This document shows, in pieces, positions 58,801 through 64,000 of a DNA stretch of 64,000 nt. This DNA is from Candidatus Iainarchaeum sp. GTDB lineage: Archaea; Iainarchaeota; Iainarchaeia; Iainarchaeales; JAFGBZ01. Under the pieces are notes generated by a model that saw only the letters and a list, made by a program, of their open reading frames with translations, was not told where the DNA came from and did no database searches. The DNA lies in NCBI GenBank assembly GCA_043817715.1, contig JBDRGO010000007.1, forward strand, positions 15,499 through 79,498, read 5' to 3'. Position numbers and translations under genes: made by a program. Position 1 is the stretch's first letter, and each line of letters starts with the position of its first letter.

Positions 58801-58919
58801 AAACAAAAAAAGAGCAAGAGGAAACCAAAACAGAAGAACCAAAAGAACCTGCTGAAGCAAAGGCAAAAAAGAAAACAGCAAAAAAAGAAACAAAAAAAAC
58901 AGGCAAAAAAAAGAATTAA
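55836..58919 (+). CDS. Surface protein with von Willebrand factor A (vWA/MIDAS) domain, C-terminal TM anchor and poly-Lys tail
   Basis: Start set at MHKIIGMLLVLALIFPAAYA (signal peptide; RBS AAAGGAGAGG), overlapping the upstream stop by 8 nt. The vWA domain has the MIDAS motif DTSGSM, then LSPQGKTPLAQAL, then ILVSDGKET. C-terminus GSGLFSLVGLSGVIIGLILLILLAVGSYYYIKQKKEE... with a K-rich tail. Confidence 0.7.
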   Translation: MHKIIGMLLVLALIFPAAYALEINGNCDNSITQCELGINDLEVCNNSTQRDFFNVTLSGEAAKWVTVLPSTLELGPGECRQIQTFTVSACYTEPGTYGYTITVSDGFNASINCELEIIQGHIVPIKIMPSYHEAAQCEEKIYSVELNNTSIIDKQQTEDVFLSLHGELPEEWAQFSETELKVKKGSPKTVELKVKSPCNAEFKEYDFIVRAALFNPNFFDEDNAVFEVKQAQNLVISSESNAALIACKEEKREYFLNFRNNGKYNDEYELNLDGPEWVQLERDTVSIQAGTSKDVKLILNKAPKEKEISLKVKAVSEKYNYETTKLIDVKAMDCYSLKAELIQGANTACAEVQETYEFEVTNTSIEKRNIELEVKGLNGDLEKNALALEAGETQKVTFRPDLENLPEEGYAEESDITSIEFIMDTSGSMIEKLGGEKKIDIAKRELRKLIEDTASINAGLRVFGQGISDDCAESQLTYPIEKLNTGKMIQKINSLSPQGKTPLAQALNAGANDFTEKGNNAIILVSDGKETCNGNIDEAIKTAKEKGVRVYTVGFDIDEAGQKELKKIASETGGKYFDAVNAEELAGSLNEIARELKIVKSKSSAESFTFKAKTEFAEASKKINLTVNDCFNAALSIPELALCKGIEKKEFFKIANLGTEKLEFEVSSVPEWIKVDEKFIKTTVLPEEEKEIPFTALAPINAIESEYTITVNSENQKLKDTKEMVYLSDASCIGVDLITLIEEIDAKVCEGKDYTIYIENTGQTNAEVTVSSNKSWVYVINDKITLTPGERKEVTFFVSPPFDVGPYTELVFNAKTDKGFESSVSIGLIKTGQDFEEEIDLQIKADKKIIEITDPKEGATVEFELENNSNRVLKINSITSLKYDAKFNLEKTRIAAKERTKVSMQVIIPEGEEGTIVVPFKITTNQGTYVRDIPVEFKITEAPQTEEQPISIGSGLFSLVGLSGVIIGLILLILLAVGSYYYIKQKKEETKKEQEETKTEEPKEPAEAKAKKKTAKKETKKTGKKKN

Positions 58920-59110
58920 TTCAAACAAAACAAGTAAAAGCAAAAACAAACAACACAAAAAGAAAAAAACAAGAAATTCAAACAAAAAAGAATTAATTCA
59001 AAAACAAAAAGAAATAATTCCAACAAAAGAACAATGCAAAAAAAACAAACAAAAAATTAACCAAAAAAAAAAAATATTAAAAAGAAGAATTGTTTCTTCT
59101 TTTCTTTTTC
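58790..59110. repeat. Poly-purine (A-rich) low-complexity tract
   Basis: About 320 nt that is over 80% A/G; it encodes the K-rich tail of the vWA protein and continues beyond the stop. Confidence 0.6.
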
Positions 59111-59159
59111 TTATTTTTTATTTTTATTGCTTTTATTATCTTCAATCAGCAAAGGAAAA

Positions 59160-59813
59160 TTATTTTTTCTTCAAAAAAGAATTAAAATGCCCTGCAACCA
59201 AAGAACTGTTAATCAGCAGTGCTTTTTCCTCTTTTTCATCAAATGAATGATTCAGATAAAGCAGTACAGAATCCTTGTCAAGCAGGACAAATTTTGATTC
59301 AGAGGATTCAACAGAGGAAAAAGAAAATTTTTTTCTTGAAGCATGCTCTTTAAATGAATCAATTGATTCTTTTGAACCTACAAAAACAGGCTTTGAAGAA
59401 GAGTCAAAAATAATGGAATTGATGTTTTTCTTTCCTGCAATCAGAACCGCGGATTCATTGAAAGCATTTTCAGGATGCTCCTGCAACTGGGACTGAAGGG
59501 AAGAAACAATTGAATCCAGTTCAGAAAAATGAGTTTTCATATCATGCTCTTTCCTTGATTTAACAAAAACAAGGACTTTCTTTAAAGGAAAGGCAGAATA
59601 CTTAACCGGCTTAACCGGCTTATGCGAAATAAATCCCTTATTCTGCAAGGAAACCAATACATCATAAACCCTTGCCCTAGGAATTCCTGCTTTTTCCGAA
59701 ACAACGCCTGCAGTTGAAGTTCCTGAATTAAGCAAAGCAACATATGCCTTTGACTCATATTCATTCAAGCCCAATTGCTTGATTAAATCAATTAATTTCT
59801 TCAACCACTTCAC
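59160..59813 (-). CDS. TrmB-family transcriptional regulator
   Basis: N-terminus LGLNEYESKAYVALLNSGTSTAGVVSEKAGIPRARVYDVLVSLQNKGFI is the TrmB HTH signature. Confidence 0.7.
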   Translation of the reverse strand: MKWLKKLIDLIKQLGLNEYESKAYVALLNSGTSTAGVVSEKAGIPRARVYDVLVSLQNKGFISHKPVKPVKYSAFPLKKVLVFVKSRKEHDMKTHFSELDSIVSSLQSQLQEHPENAFNESAVLIAGKKNINSIIFDSSSKPVFVGSKESIDSFKEHASRKKFSFSSVESSESKFVLLDKDSVLLYLNHSFDEKEEKALLINSSLVAGHFNSFLKKK

Positions 59814-60049
59814 ACCCTAAAAAATAAATGAATCACTAAAGGAAAGAAGAAAGGAATATAAATAGTTTTGCTTGAACAAAAAAAGCCCGCTGAATAAAGC
59901 CAAAAGAACTGAATTTAAAAGCATTCGGCATCAAAAAAGCAAAAAAAATTTCTCTGCTTTTGTTGGCAAAGGAAAGAAATTTTTTCCAAAAAAAAAGTTA
60001 TGTGTAAAATCTGAATAAAAGTATTTAAAGAAGTTCTGCACCAATATAA

Positions 60050-60150
60050 GAGTTGGGAGTTAAGGAGACAAGATACACTGCTTTCCCGCTGAATCGGCGG
60101 CGGTCTTCGTGGGGGAGGCTGAAGGCAGATCCCTGCTTGTCTCCCAATAC
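60050..60150. ncRNA. GC-rich ~100-nt element closed by a long terminal helix (candidate structured ncRNA)
   Basis: TTGGGAG..GGAGACAAG (60053-60072) pairs with CTTGTCTCCCAA (60136-60147). Interior is about 65% GC (CCCGCTGAATCGGCGGCGGTCTTCGTGGGGGAGGCTGAAGGCAGATCCCTG). Intergenic. Confidence 0.3.
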
Positions 60151-60207
60151 TCAATTAACCAAATTCTAAAAACAAATAATTATTAATTAAAAAAATAATA
60201 ATTTTGC

Positions 60208-60600
60208 ATGAACTCAAAAGCAAAAAAATACATTTTTCTTTTAGGAATTCCTTTAGGGCTTCTTTTACTATCACAAATTGTTTTCCAAATTGAAAAAGAG
60301 CCCCTTATTAGAAGTGCATTAATTATTGCTGGATTTATTTCCTTACCAATTCTTGCAAATTATATTAATGCAGATAAAAAAGAATTTATTATTGCATTTG
60401 TTGTTTTTGATTTAATAAATGAATTTCTTTTTTTTGCTGAAGATGTTCTTTTACCTAATGCAGTTTACTCTCTTGAAGAATGGCTAAGCACTTATAAAAC
60501 AATTGAATGGATTTCGGGAAGAATATTTTTTACAGCGATTTATTTTTTAATTCTGTTCCTTGTTTTTGTTTTCTTAAAAAAGAAAAAATCAGTTTCTTAA
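60208..60600 (+). CDS. Small integral membrane protein
   Basis: 130 aa, 4 predicted TM helices. Confidence 0.35.
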   Translation: MNSKAKKYIFLLGIPLGLLLLSQIVFQIEKEPLIRSALIIAGFISLPILANYINADKKEFIIAFVVFDLINEFLFFAEDVLLPNAVYSLEEWLSTYKTIEWISGRIFFTAIYFLILFLVFVFLKKKKSVS

Positions 60601-63228
60601 TTTCTCAATTAACCTGACAGCATAAGGCACAAACAAGGCAGTCATTGAAATCAATATCAACACAATCAATTCCCATGCACTTAATGCAACTGTTTTGAAT
60701 ATTTCCTGCGCAAAAGGATGATAGATTATTAATAACTGCAAACCAAAAGAAATCAATACAGCTAAAATCAAAAACTTGTTTTTTAATGGATTCAGTTCAA
60801 AAACAGTTTTATTTTCCCTCCTGCAATTGAATACCAGAAACATTTCAAAAAAAACCATTCCGCTGAAAACCAGCGTTCTTGCATGAGATGGCTGGGTTAA
60901 ATCAAAAGGATTTATTCCAAAAGAAAAATCCTTTTCAAAACCATACCAAAAAAAAGCTAAACTGCATATAACATAAACAAAAGTTGAAACAAAAATAAAA
61001 AACAAAAATTTAGAGAAAAGTGATTCATTTCTTTTTCTTGGCTTTTCATTCATTAAATTCTCGGGCCTTTCATTTGCCAACGCCAATGCAGGCAAGGCAT
61101 CCGTTGCAATATTAATCCATAAAATCTGCAAAGGAAGCAAAGGCAAAGGCAAGCCGACAATAGAAATGATTCCAACAACAGCAATTGCGGCAAAATTTGC
61201 CGAAAGCAAAAATTTAATGAATGCCTGAATGTTTTTGTAAATTCTTCTTCCTTCCTCAATTGCCGAAACAATTGAAGAAAAATTATCATCACTTAAAACA
61301 ATATCCGATGCCTCCTTGGATACCTCTGTCCCCTTAATTCCCATTGCAATTCCGATATCTGCATTCTTTAATGCAGGGGCATCATTTACTCCATCACCAG
61401 TAACCGCAACAACATGGCCCTGCCTTTGAAGCGCCTGAACAATCATTAATTTATGCTTCGGGTCGGTGCGCGCAAAAATCACATTTGATTTAACGCATTC
61501 GCTGAATTCGTTTTCATTCATTGAATCCAGTTCGCTTCCTTCAACAACAGTTAACTGCTTTAAGCCCAATTCCTTTGCCACTGCCTTTGCAGTCAATGCA
61601 TTGTCTCCGGTAATTATTTTCACTTCAATTCCGGCGCTTAAAGCAGTCTGGATTGATTCCCTTGCTTCAGGACGAGGAGGATCCATTAAACCAATTAAAC
61701 CCAAAAAAACCATTTCATCCTCAGCATATTCAATTTCATCAGTTTCCTTGAAAGCAAACCCTAAAACCCTTAATGCTTTTCCGGCCCATTTTTCCTGAAC
61801 CGAAATTAATTCATTTCTTTTTTCTTCAGTTAAATTAATTTTTTTTCCATTAATCAATAAATGCGTGCTTCTTTCAATTACTTCTTCTAAAGCCCCTTTC
61901 ATTAAAACAATTTTTTTTCCGTTGATTTCATGCAATGAACTCATTTTTTTTCTTTCAGAAGAAAAAGGAATTTCTGAAATTTTTTTAAATTGTGTTATCA
62001 TGTTTGCTTTTTTTGTTAATACCTTTAATGAAACCTCTGTTGAATCACCAACAAAACTTAATGCTTTTTTATTTTCATCAAATTCAATAAATGAATTATT
62101 GCAGTTCTCGCAGGCCCATAACATTTTTTCAAATGATTCTCCTTCATAATTCAATTCTTCAACTGCATCATAACCAACGCCTTTAACATCAATTTCTTTT
62201 CCGTCAACAAAAATTTTTCTTGCAGTCATTTCATTCAAAGTTAAAGTGCCTGTTTTGTCCGAACAAATAACTGTTGCCGCACCCAATGATTCAATAACTG
62301 AAATTTTTCTAACAATTGCCTTTCTTTTCGCCATCTGCTGGACTCCCAAAGCCAAAGTAATTGTGACAATTATTGGAAGCCCTTCAGGAATTGCTGAAAC
62401 CCCTAATGAAACTGAAATCATGAACATTTCAAACAAATTAATTCCGCGGAAAAGCCCGATTAAAAACAAAACAAAAAGAATTCCGATAATTGCAATTCCA
62501 AGATTTTTCGCCAGCCAATCCAATTCAGTGTTTAAAATTGTTTTTTTTTCTTTTGAATCAGAAATCATTTCAGCAATTTTTCCGAATTCAGTATTCATTC
62601 CGGTGCTTGTTACAATTGCCAATGCATGCCCTTCAGTTATAATTGTATTTGAATAAACCAGATTAATTCTTTTAGCCAAAGGCAAGTCTTCAGTTAATTC
62701 TTCAGAATTTTTTAAAACTGAATTACTTTCACCAGTTAAAATTGATTCATCCACTTTTAAGGAAAAGGATTCAATTAACCTTGCATCTGCAGGTGCCTTG
62801 TCCCCTGCATCCAGAAAAATCAAATCCCCTGGAACCAAGTTTTCTGCAGGAATTTTCTGCTTTTTTCCATTGCGTAAAACCACTGCATCCAAGGAAACCA
62901 TTTTCTTTAACGCGCTTAATGCATTTTCTGCCTTGAATTCCTGAATAAAACCAATTACTGCATTTAAAACAATTATTGCAAAAATAGCAAAAGCATCCAA
63001 TTGCTCCCCTAAAAGAAATGAAATTCCGCCTGCAACAAATAAAATCAATACAAGAACCGAAGTGAACTGATTCAAAAAAATCTTTAAAACACTAAAATCC
63101 TTTTTTTCCTTTAACTTGTTTTTACCAAATTCAATCAATCTTTTTTCCGCTTCTTCCTGCACCAAGCCGTTCCTTGAAGAATTAAGCTGCTGAAACAGCT
63201 CTTCCTCTGAAAGCAAAAAATAATCCAA
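60589..63228 (-). CDS. P-type cation-transporting ATPase (type II, Ca2+/cation pump-like)
   Basis: 879 aa; ICSDKTGTLT phosphorylation site, TGDGVNDAPAL hinge; 10-TM architecture. Confidence 0.9.
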   Translation of the reverse strand: MDYFLLSEEELFQQLNSSRNGLVQEEAEKRLIEFGKNKLKEKKDFSVLKIFLNQFTSVLVLILFVAGGISFLLGEQLDAFAIFAIIVLNAVIGFIQEFKAENALSALKKMVSLDAVVLRNGKKQKIPAENLVPGDLIFLDAGDKAPADARLIESFSLKVDESILTGESNSVLKNSEELTEDLPLAKRINLVYSNTIITEGHALAIVTSTGMNTEFGKIAEMISDSKEKKTILNTELDWLAKNLGIAIIGILFVLFLIGLFRGINLFEMFMISVSLGVSAIPEGLPIIVTITLALGVQQMAKRKAIVRKISVIESLGAATVICSDKTGTLTLNEMTARKIFVDGKEIDVKGVGYDAVEELNYEGESFEKMLWACENCNNSFIEFDENKKALSFVGDSTEVSLKVLTKKANMITQFKKISEIPFSSERKKMSSLHEINGKKIVLMKGALEEVIERSTHLLINGKKINLTEEKRNELISVQEKWAGKALRVLGFAFKETDEIEYAEDEMVFLGLIGLMDPPRPEARESIQTALSAGIEVKIITGDNALTAKAVAKELGLKQLTVVEGSELDSMNENEFSECVKSNVIFARTDPKHKLMIVQALQRQGHVVAVTGDGVNDAPALKNADIGIAMGIKGTEVSKEASDIVLSDDNFSSIVSAIEEGRRIYKNIQAFIKFLLSANFAAIAVVGIISIVGLPLPLLPLQILWINIATDALPALALANERPENLMNEKPRKRNESLFSKFLFFIFVSTFVYVICSLAFFWYGFEKDFSFGINPFDLTQPSHARTLVFSGMVFFEMFLVFNCRRENKTVFELNPLKNKFLILAVLISFGLQLLIIYHPFAQEIFKTVALSAWELIVLILISMTALFVPYAVRLIEKLRN

Positions 63229-63273
63229 AAAAAATCCCTTTAAAGCAATAATAAATAAAGAAGAATATAAAGG

Positions 63274-63996
63274 TTATTCAAGGATTGAATAATAATTTTT
63301 TGTGAAATTAGTGTATTTCACTTCTTTTAATACTTGAATTGATTCATAATCAACAAGTATATCCTTAAATTCATTAAAAAAATCAGATAAAATCAAACTA
63401 AAATGCCCATCACTTTTTGAATTAACATCAAAAATAATATCATATTTTCCTAAAGCACGCGCACTCCAAATCATAAAAGGATGGTTCTTAAAAAAAATCT
63501 TTAATTTTTTATCTGCTTTTTTATCAATTCCTTTTGTTTCAACCAAAACCCTATGCCAATTAAAGCCAAGTTTACTGAATGAAAGATTAGCCCAAAATCC
63601 ACCTATAATTTCTTTCTTAATCAACTGCAAAACCCTGTAACGCACAGTTTCAGGAGGAATTTTAACTGCCAAAGAAACTTCATGAAATGATTTCCTTGCA
63701 TCCTTGCTTAATTCTTCTACAATCTGCAAATCAAGCAAATCAACATCAAACACTTTTCTATCAGGAGAAATTTCAATTCTTTGGTTTTTCAGAATTTTTT
63801 CAAAAGAAGAATCCAGTTTTTTAGGAGAAATTTCCTTAACTTTTGCTCCCTCCAAAAAGCCCTTGCAAAAAGAAGAATACAAATACTCATAAAGAATTAT
63901 TTGAAAATCCAATTCCTTCAAAAAACCAGAAAAAGAAGTTTTTAATTCATACATGAAATCATGAAACTGAAACAAGTCCTTACAAAAAAACAACAA
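63274..63996 (-). CDS. Lrp/AsnC-family-like transcriptional regulator with N-terminal extension
   Basis: C-terminal half LQIVEELSKDARKSFHEVSLAVKIPPETVRYRVLQLIKKEIIGG... fits the AsnC HTH plus RAM domain; 240 aa. Confidence 0.45.
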   Translation of the reverse strand: MLFFCKDLFQFHDFMYELKTSFSGFLKELDFQIILYEYLYSSFCKGFLEGAKVKEISPKKLDSSFEKILKNQRIEISPDRKVFDVDLLDLQIVEELSKDARKSFHEVSLAVKIPPETVRYRVLQLIKKEIIGGFWANLSFSKLGFNWHRVLVETKGIDKKADKKLKIFFKNHPFMIWSARALGKYDIIFDVNSKSDGHFSLILSDFFNEFKDILVDYESIQVLKEVKYTNFTKNYYSILE

Positions 63997-64000
63997 AAGA

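Noticed and set aside
58765-59250. 161-aa lysine-rich ORF (KKKQKKSKRKPKQKNQ...)
   Set aside because: It arises from the poly-A/G low-complexity tract downstream of the vWA gene, in another frame. It overlaps the convergent trmB-like gene and has no start context.
60040-60150. tRNA or 5S rRNA assignment for the second GC-rich element
   Set aside because: There is no T-loop (GTTCRAATC) and no cloverleaf. It is too short for 5S rRNA and lacks loop-A/C signatures. It is kept only as a generic structured-RNA candidate.

Overview
This is an AT-rich archaeal chromosomal segment of roughly 30% GC. The archaeal assignment rests on a group II chaperonin (thermosome), tRNA-splicing endonuclease EndA, an archaeal-type cytidylate kinase, a split transketolase and a TrmB regulator. 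Housekeeping genes are IleRS, a class II LysRS, TrpRS, MetK, transketolase and transaldolase, IlvE, PanB, a P-type ATPase and one tRNA-Ile(UAU). Between them sit large accessory blocks.

Block 1 (18.2-28.3 kb): a membrane-anchored wHTH protein with about 850 aa of extracellular Ig-like repeats is divergently transcribed from two paralogous secreted proteins built of NosD-like parallel beta-helix modules. The larger, about 1760 aa, ends in a dockerin-like double repeat. The two paralogs share a near-identical duplicated upstream region and signal peptide, about 270 bp.

Block 2 (49.7-58.9 kb): four co-directional surface proteins with translationally overlapping starts, one carrying a vWA/MIDAS domain. 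Three share a C-terminal GL-x-GL-S/G motif followed by a TM helix and a basic tail, a candidate sorting signal.

There are also three PIN-domain TA modules, two of them a tandem duplication. A roughly 300-nt GC-rich repeat and hairpin island flanks one TA module next to EndA. A second roughly 100-nt GC-rich structured element lies at 60.05 kb. All calls are from reading the translated ORFs and the DNA. No database searches were run.
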